Assembly (NCBI GenBank): GCA_035693765.1
Contig: DASSGC010000144.1
Location: 1-41,872 of the forward strand
Direction: 5' to 3'
DNA length: 41,872 nt
Source of the DNA: Acidimicrobiales bacterium
GTDB taxonomy: Bacteria; Actinomycetota; Acidimicrobiia; Acidimicrobiales; VFJN01
Part shown: piece by piece, positions 19,296-28,683 of the stretch
Layout: the number at the start of each line of letters is the position of its first letter
Numbering within the stretch: the stretch's first letter is position 1
Program-made: the position numbers and the translations under genes
Notes under the pieces: generated by a model
Told to the model about the DNA's origin: nothing
The model's input: the letters and a program-made list of their open reading frames with translations, nothing else
The model's database searches: none

Positions 19296-21377
19296 TCACG
19301 CCGCCGCGGGCAGCTCGACCACGAAGCGGGAGCCCGTGCCGTCCGGGCGCTCGTAGCGCAGCGTGCCGCCCATGGCCTGGACGAGCCGGCTGCTGATCGC
19401 CAACCCGAGGCCCGCGCCCTCGTCGCGGCGGCCCGGTCCCCGCACGAACGGCTCGAACAGCGACCCCTCGATGGCCGGGTCGACCCCCGGTCCGTCGTCC
19501 GACACCGCCACGGCCACGCGCCTGCCCTCCCGCCAGGCGTCGATCTGCACGTGCGCGCCGCCGTGGCGATGGGCGTTGCCGATGAGGTTGGTGAGGATCT
19601 GCCCCAGCGACAGCTCGTCGGCCAGTGCGGTGGTGCCCGCGGGCACGTGGCAGGTGACCGTGTGGCCCGGCGGCGTCGGGCAGGTGGCGAGGGCGTGGTC
19701 CACCACGCGCTGCACGTCGACCGGCTCGGCCGCCAGGTCGGGCCCGCCGTGCTCCAGCGACGACAGGTCGAGCAGCCGGGTGACGAGCCGCTGGAGGTGG
19801 TCGGTGCTGCCGGCCACGATGTCGAGGAGCTGCTGCTCCTTTGGGTCGTCCAGGCCGCGGGCCGCGAGCGCGCCGACGGCCATGACCAGCGACGCCACCG
19901 GCGTGCGCAGCTCGTGCGCGGCCCGCGCCACGAACACGGCCCGGGCCTCGTCGAGGCGTTGATGCGCCGTGTCCATCTCCGTGCGCTCCAGGGCGCGCCC
20001 GAGCTGGGTGGCGATGTCGACGAGCACCGACAGGACGCCGTCGTCCCGGGGGCGCGGCTCGTCCGAGAACAGCTCGAGCACGCCCCGCGCCGTGGCGCCC
20101 ACCATGATCGGCACGCCGACGTAGGCCCGCAGCGGTGCGGGCGGGGGGTTGGCCACCCGTGCGATGTCGGTGGCCGTGAGCAGGTCCTCCACCCACGCGG
20201 GGCGGGCCGAGGCCACGACGCGCCCCGCGAGCCCCGCTCCGGAGGCGAGCGCGGTCGGCGCCATCCAGTCCGGGAACCAGCCGAAGCGCTCGGGATCGGC
20301 GACGTGACATGCGCCGCCGGGCCGAAGCTGGCCGTCCTCCGACAGGAGGAGCGCATCGCCGAGCGGCCAGTCCTCGGCCGTGCCGACCGCGTCGAGCGTG
20401 CGGTCGATGGCCGCCGTGAGGTCGGGAGCCTCGTTGATCGCCGTCGTCGCCCGGTGCAGCAGGGCGAGCAGGTCGCGTTGCTTGGCGAGCTGGGTCTGCG
20501 ACCGCACGCGGTCGCTGACGTCCCGGAAGATCACCGACGCCCGCAGCTCGCCGTCGGGCGTGGTGAAGATCGTCGAGGTGATGTCGGCGATGAACACCTC
20601 GCCGTCGCCGCGCCGCATCGGCAGGGCGGCGCGGGCGCTGCCCCGGGCGGCGCGCAGCCCGACCGCGGCCTTGGTGGAGGGGTCGTCGGGGAGGAGCCCG
20701 GAGCGGCCGCGGCGGCAGATCTCGGCCTCGGAGAGCTGGAGGATCGTGCAGGCTGCCGGGTTCGCCCCGAGGACCCTGCCGTCCGGGGTGGTCAGCAGCA
20801 CGCCGTCGAGGCTGTGCCGGAAGATCGCCTCGTACTCGGTCGGCCCGATGCTCCGGGGCAGGCGCCTGGTCTCGGCGAGCGCGAGGGCGGCGCGCTCGGC
20901 CAGCGCTTCCAGCGCCATGACGTCCTCGTCGCCGTAGGGCGCCGGGGAGACGGTGCGGACGACTCCCAGGGTCCCGACCAGATCGCCGAACGCCACCATC
21001 GGCACGACCGCCAGGGCGCGCAGGGGATGGCGTTCGAGGAATCGCAGCGTGTGGGGCGTGCCGGCGGCGGCCAGTTCGTCGACGTCGATGTGCGACAGCA
21101 CGGCCGGCTCGCGGCGGGCGGCGACTGCGCCGGCGACGCCCTCGCCGACCTGGTAGGGCTCCGAGGCGAGCACCGCCCGCATGAACTCCCGCACCTCGGG
21201 GTCTCGGTGGTGGACGGCCGCCGGTTCGAGCGTCCGGCCGTCGGCCGACACGGTGGTCAGCACGCTCGCCTCGCCCACCACCTCCGCCGCCCGGCGGGCG
21301 ATCAGCTCCAGCACGTGGTGCACGTCGTCGCCCGCGGCCACGAGCTCGTCCCAGAACGAGGAGAGACCGTGCGGCAT
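19296..21377 (-). CDS. Soluble GAF-PAS-GAF sensor histidine kinase
   Basis: ATG at 21377 with AAGGA upstream. There are two GAF-like regions and a PAS (YEAIFRHSLDGVLLTTPDGRVLGANPAA). H-box is FVARAAHELRTP, N-box LTNLIGNAHRH and G-box DDGPGV...GAGLGLAI. No TM helices, and no response regulator is adjacent. Confidence 0.9.
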   Translation of the reverse strand: MPHGLSSFWDELVAAGDDVHHVLELIARRAAEVVGEASVLTTVSADGRTLEPAAVHHRDPEVREFMRAVLASEPYQVGEGVAGAVAARREPAVLSHIDVDELAAAGTPHTLRFLERHPLRALAVVPMVAFGDLVGTLGVVRTVSPAPYGDEDVMALEALAERAALALAETRRLPRSIGPTEYEAIFRHSLDGVLLTTPDGRVLGANPAACTILQLSEAEICRRGRSGLLPDDPSTKAAVGLRAARGSARAALPMRRGDGEVFIADITSTIFTTPDGELRASVIFRDVSDRVRSQTQLAKQRDLLALLHRATTAINEAPDLTAAIDRTLDAVGTAEDWPLGDALLLSEDGQLRPGGACHVADPERFGWFPDWMAPTALASGAGLAGRVVASARPAWVEDLLTATDIARVANPPPAPLRAYVGVPIMVGATARGVLELFSDEPRPRDDGVLSVLVDIATQLGRALERTEMDTAHQRLDEARAVFVARAAHELRTPVASLVMAVGALAARGLDDPKEQQLLDIVAGSTDHLQRLVTRLLDLSSLEHGGPDLAAEPVDVQRVVDHALATCPTPPGHTVTCHVPAGTTALADELSLGQILTNLIGNAHRHGGAHVQIDAWREGRRVAVAVSDDGPGVDPAIEGSLFEPFVRGPGRRDEGAGLGLAISSRLVQAMGGTLRYERPDGTGSRFVVELPAAA

Positions 21378-21493
21378 CGGCGACGTCCTTCGTGCGAGCT
21401 GGGGGACTGCCCGTACCTGCATCATCCTGGCCCGATGATCACCGGGCGCCAACACGGCCGGTAGGGCCACAGGTCCCCGGCCGTGCGGCCGCG

Positions 21494-22098
21494 CTACCCG
21501 GATCGCCGCCGGGTACCGGGTGGCCGGGCGTCGCGCCAGGGCGGGCGGGCGAGCGTGCGTGGTCCCCAGAGGACGCCGACCAGCACGGCGGCCACGAGCA
21601 GGAAGGGGGCCGTCAGGGCCGGGTCGTAGTCGTCCCCAGGGTTGGGGAAGACCTGCCAGGAGACGTTGAAGCTGGCGTGGAAGAGCGCCTGGCCGAACAC
21701 GCTGCCGCCGGGAGGGTCAGCAGGTGCAGGCCGGGCCTGGAGTGCGGGCGGTCGAGCACCACCACGGCGCCGTAGGAAAGGGCGAACACCGCCGGCATCA
21801 GGCCCAGGATGGCGAGGTACCAGCGCCGGTCGGTGATGCGCCGCGCGTCCACCGACCGCGTCAACAGCGCCCTGACACCGTCGGCGCCCTCCTGCCGGTG
21901 CACGACGATCGACGCCGCGACCACCGGGCACAGGAACGCCACGGCGCCGACCGGCAGGCCGGGCAGCAGCTCACCGCCGGCGAGCCAGCCGACGGCCCAC
22001 AGCGGCAGCGACAGGCCGAGCAGCACGAGGACGTAGGGGAGCAGCGGCCGGTCGTGCCGGGTGGTCGGCCCTGCCGGAGGCGCGTCCTCGGAGCGCAT
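21494..22098 (-). pseudogene. CPBP (CAAX/Abi-type) intramembrane protease remnant, frameshifted with an internal deletion
   Basis: The N-terminal part (from ATG 22098) reads ...PLLPYVLVLLGLSLPLWAVGW...RRITDRRWYLAILGLMPAVFALSYG...LHLLTLP in one frame. The C-terminal part reads PPGGSVFGQALFHASFNVSWQVFPNPGDDYDPALT... in another frame (ORF 21494..21931). The junction is near 21705-21720. The EExxxR and FxxxH motif region expected between them is absent. Confidence 0.6.
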
Positions 22099-22472
22099 GG
22101 CGCCACGACTGTGCAGACCCGGGTCCGGGCGCACCAGGGCACTTCGGCCCGATTCCCCACGCGCCGGGTAGGCGACCAGGTCGTCACCATTGCCCCCAAC
22201 CACGACGGCCATTTGGTGACCAGCCAACGCGCCCGCGTCATCGACGTGGACCACCACGCCCGGTCCTCACGCTGCTGACCGACAACGGCCGGCAGGTGTT
22301 CCTCGCTGGCGAGCCGATGGACGCTGAGCACCTCGATCACGGCTAGGCCCTCACCGTCCACGGCGAACAAGGCGCCACCTCCGACCGCGTCCGCTACCTC
22401 GCCGAATGCGGCGGTCGACAACTCGTCCACGTCGCCCTCTCCCGTGCCCGCCACCCCTGTAGCGTTCCGCTC

Positions 22473-22763
22473 ATGCTCGTCGCGTTCGCGATCACCCCGC
22501 TCGGCGTCGGCGAGGACGTCGGCCGCCAGGTCGCCGAGTCCATTCGGATCGTCCGTGAGAGTGGCCTCCCCAACCACACCGACTCGATGTTCACGACGAT
22601 CGAGGGTGAGTGGGACGAGGTCATGGACGTCATCCGCCGGGCATGCGAGGCAGTCGAAGCCCCCCGGGTGGGTCTCACCCTGAAGGCCGATATCCGGCCC
22701 GGTGTGACCGACGCGATCACGTCGAAGGTTGAGACGGTCGAGCGTTACCTGAGCGACGGCTGA
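22473..22763 (+). CDS. MTH1187/YkoF-family (UPF0045) thiamine-binding-like protein
   Basis: [32 protein letters not shown]...[19 protein letters not shown]. Confidence 0.85.
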   Translation: MLVAFAITPLGVGEDVGRQVAESIRIVRESGLPNHTDSMFTTIEGEWDEVMDVIRRACEAVEAPRVGLTLKADIRPGVTDAITSKVETVERYLSDG

Positions 22764-24079
22764 GCGAGCCAGCGTTCGAGGTCCCGGCCGGCCGGGTCGC
22801 CGGCCACCCGGGCGACGAGTCGGCCGTGCTCGGTGAAGATCGGCGCCCTGTGCTCATCGGGGAGGTCGGCGAGGGTCCGCTGGGCCAGGTCGCATGCGGC
22901 CGCGGTATCCCCGGCGGCCACCAGGCACAGCGCCCGGTCTAGGGCCATGAGGGTCGTGTCCCCTACCGCGTCGGGTGGGTAGGCGTCGATGGCCCGGTCC
23001 TGTGCGGCGAACGCCGCCTCGAGTGCAAACCGGTCAGGCCGCCGGCGGGCCGCCTCGGACAGCGCGCGTGACTCGTAGAACGCCAGGCGCCGCTCGGAGA
23101 AGCCGAACACGGTTCTGTCGTCGCCGTCCATGCGCTCGAACGCTGCTCGGGCGCCGTGGCGGCTCTGCTCGCTGCCGGCGAGGTCGCCGAGCTGCGCGAG
23201 CGCAACGGCCTCCAACGCAAGTGCCAAGGCGCTGACCGGCCCTCTGTCCCCGGCCGCTGCATGAACAGCACCGCCAGCAAGGCGAGCCGCCTCGGCGGCG
23301 TCCCCGAAGTAGAGATAGAGCGTCGCCCGGAACGCGGACAGGTGCGCACCAAGCGGCGGGGCCTCAGCCTCGACGGCGGCGCTGAACCCGACCCGGAGCC
23401 ATGCTCGGGCCGCCACCACCTGGCCCAGCACCATCAGCTCGACACCGATCAGGGCGGCAAGCTGGCTCGTGAACCGGTTGAGATGGCGCAGCACGGCGAC
23501 CGGCTGCCGGTCGGCCGCCAGGCGTTGTAGGTCGCCCATGTCGGCGATCAGCCGATCGAGCATCGGCGCGGGCGGCGCGGTCACGCACTCGCCGGCTCGA
23601 TGGTCGATCAGGTCGCCGATGTCGTCGAGCACCGCGGCAGTCGCGGTGCCGCGGGTCAAGGTGCTCTCGGTGGCGGCCCGGACCCGCTCGACCTCGTCCA
23701 GCTCCGCAGGAGCCCGTTCAACTCTCTGCGGCGGGTCGCCATCATGCGCCTCGTCGTGCTCGCGGTAGCCGCGGCGGTCGGCGAGGACGTCGGCAAGGTC
23801 GCACGAGTACATCTCGGCGAGCTTGTCGAACACGTCAAGTGGGGGCGTGTGGCGCCCGGTCTCCCAGCCACTGAAGTCCTTGTACGACTTCGGCAGCTCG
23901 GACCAACGCCGGGTCCACTCCTTGGCCGCGTCGTGCTGGCTCCACCCATGCGCGTGACGCAGCGCGGCCAGGGCACCGAGACCGAACCGCTCGCGCAGCA
24001 CTTGGGCGATCTCCGCCCTGGTCTTGCCCTTGGCTCGCAGATGGGCAGCGAGGAATGCCCACTCCTGCCTCGCGCTCAC
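22745..24079 (-). CDS. XRE-family HTH regulator with long helical (TPR-like) C-terminal domain
   Basis: N-terminal HTH ([37 protein letters not shown]). About 300 aa of Ala/Leu-rich helical repeats follow. Confidence 0.85.
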   Translation of the reverse strand: MSARQEWAFLAAHLRAKGKTRAEIAQVLRERFGLGALAALRHAHGWSQHDAAKEWTRRWSELPKSYKDFSGWETGRHTPPLDVFDKLAEMYSCDLADVLADRRGYREHDEAHDGDPPQRVERAPAELDEVERVRAATESTLTRGTATAAVLDDIGDLIDHRAGECVTAPPAPMLDRLIADMGDLQRLAADRQPVAVLRHLNRFTSQLAALIGVELMVLGQVVAARAWLRVGFSAAVEAEAPPLGAHLSAFRATLYLYFGDAAEAARLAGGAVHAAAGDRGPVSALALALEAVALAQLGDLAGSEQSRHGARAAFERMDGDDRTVFGFSERRLAFYESRALSEAARRRPDRFALEAAFAAQDRAIDAYPPDAVGDTTLMALDRALCLVAAGDTAAACDLAQRTLADLPDEHRAPIFTEHGRLVARVAGDPAGRDLERWLAQPSLR

Positions 24080-24319
24080 CCTTCAGACCGTAGCCCGCCT
24101 TGTAGGAACAACTGACGCCTGGACTGCGTGTTCAACGCAGAGCAGGTACACCATTCAGCGCGGTAGATCCCGAGGGCGATCCATCGGAACCTCAAACCCG
24201 ATGGGCATAGACGCGAACGAGAGCCCGCCGAGGCATCGGGCCAGCACTGGCGAGACGGCGCTCAGGTCGTCTCGACGTAGGCCGAGGATTTCCGAGTGGG
24301 AGTCCTCGGAGGACCAGGC

Positions 24320-25180
24320 ATGACCGGCGACGAGCGCGACTACGCCAAGTTTTGTGAGTGGCCTGAGATCGATACGACGGCAGCGAACGCGGCCCGCGTC
24401 TACGACGCGTTCTTGGGTGGCACGGCGCACTTCGAAGTGGACCGGATCGCGGCGGAACACGCGGCGGCGGTGCATCCGGGCGGGATGGACACGGTACGGG
24501 CGTCGGTCCGCAGCAACCGGGCGTTCCTGGTCCGCTTGGTCCGCTGGCTGGCCCACGAGGCCGGGATAGGTCAGTTCCTCGACATCGGCTCGGGCATCCC
24601 CAACGGCACGAACGTCCACGCCGCTGCCCAGCAGGTAGCGCCGAGGGCGCGGGTGGTCTACGTCGACTGCGATCCCGTCGTGCTGGCTCACGCTCACCAG
24701 CTGCTGGGGAGCAGCACCAGCGACGGTGCAGTGGTGTACCTGCCGGGTGATCTACGTGACCCTGACCTGATCCTCGATCGGGCCGGGGAGACACTCGACC
24801 TCGACGGACCCGTCGCGGTGCTATTGATCGGCATCCTGCATTTCTTGCCCGACGCCGACGGCGACCAGGACCCCTATCGGATCGTTCGCTACCTCATCGA
24901 CGTGGTGGCCCCGGGTTCGTATCTCGCGGTGTGTCACCTGGCCCGCGACATCCACCCCGCGGAGATGGCCGAGGTGGCCCGGCGGATGAACGAAGCCACC
25001 GCCGAGACCTGGGCGCTGCGCAACCGCGACGAGATCCGCGGGTTCTTCGCCGGGCTCGATCTGGTCGACCCCGGGGTGGTGCAGGTCGACCAGTGGCATC
25101 CCGACGACCAGCCCCCGCCGGTCCTGCCACCGGAGGGCCGCACGAACCCGTTGTGGGTTGGGGTGGGTCGGAAGCCGTGA
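24320..25180 (+). CDS. SAM-dependent methyltransferase, DUF574 (Methyltransf_19) family
   Basis: ATG at 24320 with GGAGGA upstream. Sequence includes IDTTAANAARVYDAFLGGTAHFEVDR...FLDIGSGIP...VVYVDCDPVV. Confidence 0.9.
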   Translation: MTGDERDYAKFCEWPEIDTTAANAARVYDAFLGGTAHFEVDRIAAEHAAAVHPGGMDTVRASVRSNRAFLVRLVRWLAHEAGIGQFLDIGSGIPNGTNVHAAAQQVAPRARVVYVDCDPVVLAHAHQLLGSSTSDGAVVYLPGDLRDPDLILDRAGETLDLDGPVAVLLIGILHFLPDADGDQDPYRIVRYLIDVVAPGSYLAVCHLARDIHPAEMAEVARRMNEATAETWALRNRDEIRGFFAGLDLVDPGVVQVDQWHPDDQPPPVLPPEGRTNPLWVGVGRKP

Positions 25181-25379
25181 GCCTCGAAGCGCTGGCCGCC
25201 GAGTTGCCTGCGCACGGCGAGACCGGCCCTGCTCCTGCCTCGGCGACGACCCCTCAGGGCGGGAACCGAACGCCGGAATCGTTGGGCCCTGGTGCTGGTC
25301 CAGGCTGCGGAGCGGGTGAGGATCGATCCCGAGGAGAGCTTTGTTGACTGCGCGGTTCCCCACCGGCCCGCCGATCAGG

Positions 25380-25565
25380 TCACGCGGGTGCCGTCGCTGC
25401 CGGCCGGTTCGGTGCCGGTGACGCGGGTGCCGTCGGTCCCCGTGCCGGTGACAACGTGCCGTCGGTGCCTGTGCCGTCGTCGGCCTGCGCCGCCGCTCCG
25501 AGGGAGAGGAGCGTCGCCACCACGGCGACGAGGCCGGCGGCGATCAGTCGTGCTCTCCGGTTCAT
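25380..25565 (-). CDS. Small secreted Gly/Thr/Asp/Pro-rich peptide (61 aa)
   Basis: ATG at 25565 with GGGAGGA 6 nt upstream. A Sec-type signal MNRRARLIAAGLVAVVATLLSLGAAAQA is followed by DDGTGTDGTLSPARGPTAPASPAPNRPAATAPA. The underlying DNA is internally repetitive. Confidence 0.5.
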   Translation of the reverse strand: MNRRARLIAAGLVAVVATLLSLGAAAQADDGTGTDGTLSPARGPTAPASPAPNRPAATAPA

Positions 25566-25791
25566 GTGCGTTCCTCCCGAAGGTCGTTGCGCCGACGAGT
25601 GTCGGCGCAGGGGGTCAGCAAGTCGAGGCAAGGCACCGGCAACTGACCGGCAACTCCCGGCCCGGGCGCCGATGCCGTGGTCCTGGTCGGCGGCGATGGC
25701 TTCCAGGATCACCGCGACGGCCTGTCCCCCCGCTGGATCGTCCGTCATCACGACGCTCAGGCGACGCTTGGGCGTGCCAGCACGACTGCGT

Positions 25792-25980
25792 TTACGGACT
25801 GTCGTCTGAGACGGAGAGCCGCCGCTTCAACAGAACGATGGGGTGCACCCAGCGCCACCCCACGCCCCACGATGACACCATCGCCACGGCTTCCCACCCC
25901 TCGCGACCCAGCCGGTTGAGGTCCTTGATGTCCTTCTGCGGCTTCGCGAGGTCGAAGGTCATGTACTCCCATTCCTGCAT
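25792..25980 (-). CDS. DUF4177-like small protein
   Basis: MQEWEYMTFDLAKPQKDIKDLNRLGREGWEAVAMV. Local GC is lower than in the surroundings. Confidence 0.7.
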   Translation of the reverse strand: MQEWEYMTFDLAKPQKDIKDLNRLGREGWEAVAMVSSWGVGWRWVHPIVLLKRRLSVSDDSP

Positions 25981-26120
25981 GTCCCCGTTGTAACCCACCC
26001 GATTCTCCTCCTCTACCGCAGGTGGTCGCCCCGAGGTCCGGATCAGCTTCGACGTCGGCGAGCGCGTGCGCGTGGTGCCGAGGACGTTGTGGGTCGCGTC
26101 GGCGGCGTGGCTACATCACG

Positions 26121-27002
26121 TCATGGTCGTCGGAGCGCGTGTCGGAGCGTGGTCGGGGTGTGGCCGGTCTCTCTGCGGATCACCCGGCACAGGTGGCTCT
26201 GGTCGGTGAACCCGACGTCTGCGGCCAGGTCGGCCAGGCGGTCGTCCCCGCCGGCGAGTCGTTCGAGCGCGGCGCGGACGCGGAGCCGCATGCGGTGGCG
26301 GGCGATGGTGTGGCCGGTGCCGGCGTGGAAGGTGCGGCTGAGGTGGTGGGGGGAGGCGCCGAGCGCGCGGGCGAGGTCGACCAGCGAGAAGCCGGGGTCG
26401 GCTGCGAGGGCCTCCCGGGCGGCGTCGACCAGGGCCCGGCGGGCGCGGACGGTGGCCGGGCGGCCGGATCTGACTCGGACGGCGTCCACCTCGGCCAGGG
26501 CGGCTGTGGCCAAGGCGAGGGTGCGTTCGTGGGTCTCGGCCGGGTCGTCGCCGCGGTGCGCCGCGGCGAGCAGGTGGCGGTGCTCGAGGTCGATGCCCGG
26601 CGAGCTGGTGATCGGGTGGGACGGGAGCGTGGGGTCGTCGCCCCAGATCGACCCCAGCAGGCTGGGTTCGAACCGGATCGAGGTGCAGTCGTCCCCGTGC
26701 GGGTGAGGGTGGTCGTAGCGCTGTTCGTCGCCGGGGTTGATGCAGTAGATCCGGGTCGGGTCGAGCAGGTGGTCGGTACCGGCGACCCAGCGGACGAAGC
26801 AGCCCCGGCGCACGAACACGATGGCGTGGTGCGCGGGTTCGTCGATGGCGCCGCGGCCGGGGGGCTGCCGGCAGGTCACGTCGGTGATCGCCACGCCATC
26901 CTCGTCGAACAGCCGGTGACCGCTCAGCACGGTCCGATGCTCGCCGGACCGCGCACGGATGTCCAAGACGGCGGCGGGCGGGGCGAGCAGGCTGGCGCCC
27001 AT
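26121..27002 (-). CDS. AraC-family transcriptional regulator
   Basis: Cupin-like N-terminus. The C-terminal double HTH reads LVDLARALGASPHHLSRTFHAGTGHTIARHRMRLRV...ADVGFTDQSHLCRVIRRETGHTP. Confidence 0.9.
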   Translation of the reverse strand: MGASLLAPPAAVLDIRARSGEHRTVLSGHRLFDEDGVAITDVTCRQPPGRGAIDEPAHHAIVFVRRGCFVRWVAGTDHLLDPTRIYCINPGDEQRYDHPHPHGDDCTSIRFEPSLLGSIWGDDPTLPSHPITSSPGIDLEHRHLLAAAHRGDDPAETHERTLALATAALAEVDAVRVRSGRPATVRARRALVDAAREALAADPGFSLVDLARALGASPHHLSRTFHAGTGHTIARHRMRLRVRAALERLAGGDDRLADLAADVGFTDQSHLCRVIRRETGHTPTTLRHALRRP

Positions 27003-28029
27003 GACGGAGAACCGCCGTGTCGCTGTCTACGGGGCCTCCGGCCTGACGGGGGGTTTCGTGGTGTCCGACCTGCTCGGGCGGGGTTGGGAGCCGGTGCTGT
27101 CGGGCCGTGACGGCGCCAAGCTCGAGGCCGTCGCCGCGGCGAACGGCGGGGAGCTCGATGTGCGGCCCGCGCCGGTCGGCGACCCGGCAGCGCTCGATCG
27201 GGCGTTGGCCGGCGTGGCGGCCGTCGTGAACTGCGCCGGGCCGTTCGCGGTGACCGCGGGCCCTGTGATCGAGGCCGCGCTGCGGGCGGGTGTCCCGTAC
27301 CTGGACGTGGCCGCCGAGATCGAGGCGGTCGCCGACACGTTCGCCGGCTACGACGAGGCGGCGACGCGGGCCGGTGTCGTGATCGTGCCGGCCGTCGCGT
27401 TCTATGGCGGCCTGGGTGACCTGTTGGCCACGGCTGCGGTGGGGGGCTGGCAGGGGGCCGACGAGATCTGCATCGCCTACGCCCTCGACGGCTGGCGACC
27501 CACCGTCGGCACCCGGGCGGCCGGCCGCGTGTCGGCCGAGCGTCGCGGTGGGCGACGCATCGTCTACTCGCAGGGCCGGCTCGAGCACCGGACCGGCGAC
27601 GCGCCGGTCATCGACTGGGACTTCCCCGACCCGGTCGGCCGCCTGCGGGTCCGGGCCGAGTTCACGATGGCCGACAGCGTCACCATCCCCCGCCACCTCG
27701 CGACGCCGGAGCTGCGGACGTACATGAGCACCGCCGCGGTCCGCGACCTCGGCGACCCGGATGCCGAGCTGCGCCCCTCGGACGACCACGACGGGCGCGC
27801 CGCGCAGCAGTTCCTCGTCGAGGTCGTCGCCCGCCGGGGCGCCCAGGAGCGCCGGGCCGTCGCCCGGGGCCGCGACATCTATGGCATCAGCGGCACCCTG
27901 GCGGTCGAAGCGGCCAGGCGCGTGGTGCACGGCGACGTCGCGTGCACCGGGGTCGTCAGCGCCGGTCAAGCCTTCGACGCCGCGGATCTCCTCGGCGCCC
28001 TCCCCTTGGAGGACCTCTCGGTCCGCTGA
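27001..28029 (+). CDS. Saccharopine-dehydrogenase-like NAD(P)-binding oxidoreductase
   Basis: MTENRRVAVYGASGLTGGFV (Rossmann)...VVNCAGPF...YLDV. Confidence 0.88.
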   Translation: MTENRRVAVYGASGLTGGFVVSDLLGRGWEPVLSGRDGAKLEAVAAANGGELDVRPAPVGDPAALDRALAGVAAVVNCAGPFAVTAGPVIEAALRAGVPYLDVAAEIEAVADTFAGYDEAATRAGVVIVPAVAFYGGLGDLLATAAVGGWQGADEICIAYALDGWRPTVGTRAAGRVSAERRGGRRIVYSQGRLEHRTGDAPVIDWDFPDPVGRLRVRAEFTMADSVTIPRHLATPELRTYMSTAAVRDLGDPDAELRPSDDHDGRAAQQFLVEVVARRGAQERRAVARGRDIYGISGTLAVEAARRVVHGDVACTGVVSAGQAFDAADLLGALPLEDLSVR

Positions 28030-28074
28030 CCCGCCGTGGGCCCCCGCCGCAGCCGCGCCCCTAGCCTGCACGTC

Positions 28075-28662
28075 ATGGCGGAGGCGGGCTGGTACCCAGA
28101 CGAGCAGGACGCCGCGCTGCTGCGGTGGTGGGACGGGCAGCAGTGGACCGGGCACGTCCGCGACGCCCGACCTGACCCGCCACCGCAGGACGCCGCGGCG
28201 GCGGCCCCCGGCCGGCGTGCGGGCGGGAAGGTCTCGACGGTCGTCGCGGTCCTGCTCGTGGCGCTGATCTGGCCGGGGTTCCCGCTGGTGATGCTCGGCG
28301 GCGGGCTGTACATCCTCAACGTGCAGCGGTCCGGCACGCCCGCGGAGGCCACGGTCACCGAGTGCCACCGCGTCACCCGCCGGAGCACCGTGTGCAACGG
28401 CACGTGGACGGTCGGCGACCTCGCCGCCGGCGGCACCGTCGTCCAGGGGACGATCGAGGGCGCCAACCGCGACGACGTGGGCGAGACCCTCGACGTCCGG
28501 GTGTCGGGCGATCGTGCGTACACGAGGTCGCTGCGGCTGCCCGTCGTCCTCATCGGCTTCGCCGCCGTGCTCCTCGCGCTGCCCCTCTTCAGCAGGGGGA
28601 AGCCGTGGATCCAGATCGTGCGCCGCCAACCTGCCGGCACCGGTCCCGAGCGCCCGGGGTGA
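28075..28662 (+). CDS. DUF2510 N-terminal domain fused to a two-TM DUF3592-like module
   Basis: MAEAGWYPDEQDAALLRWWDGQQWTGHV, a TM helix, a beta-rich segment (TVTECHRVTRRSTVCNGTWTVGD...LDVRVSGDRAY) and a second TM helix. Confidence 0.8.
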   Translation: MAEAGWYPDEQDAALLRWWDGQQWTGHVRDARPDPPPQDAAAAAPGRRAGGKVSTVVAVLLVALIWPGFPLVMLGGGLYILNVQRSGTPAEATVTECHRVTRRSTVCNGTWTVGDLAAGGTVVQGTIEGANRDDVGETLDVRVSGDRAYTRSLRLPVVLIGFAAVLLALPLFSRGKPWIQIVRRQPAGTGPERPG

Positions 28663-28683
28663 GCGGGCGGCGGTCCACCGGCC

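Noticed and set aside
25566-25751. N-terminal extension of the secreted-peptide ORF (MMTDDPAGGQAVAVILEAIAADQDHG...)
   Set aside because: The strong RBS and signal peptide begin at the internal ATG (25565). The upstream part has weaker codon bias and would bury the signal peptide.
26116-28629. 837-aa minus-strand ORF across the AraC, oxidoreductase and DUF2510 genes
   Set aside because: Same reasoning. The sequence is Pro/Arg/Gly-rich with no domain signatures, and the real genes occupy other frames.
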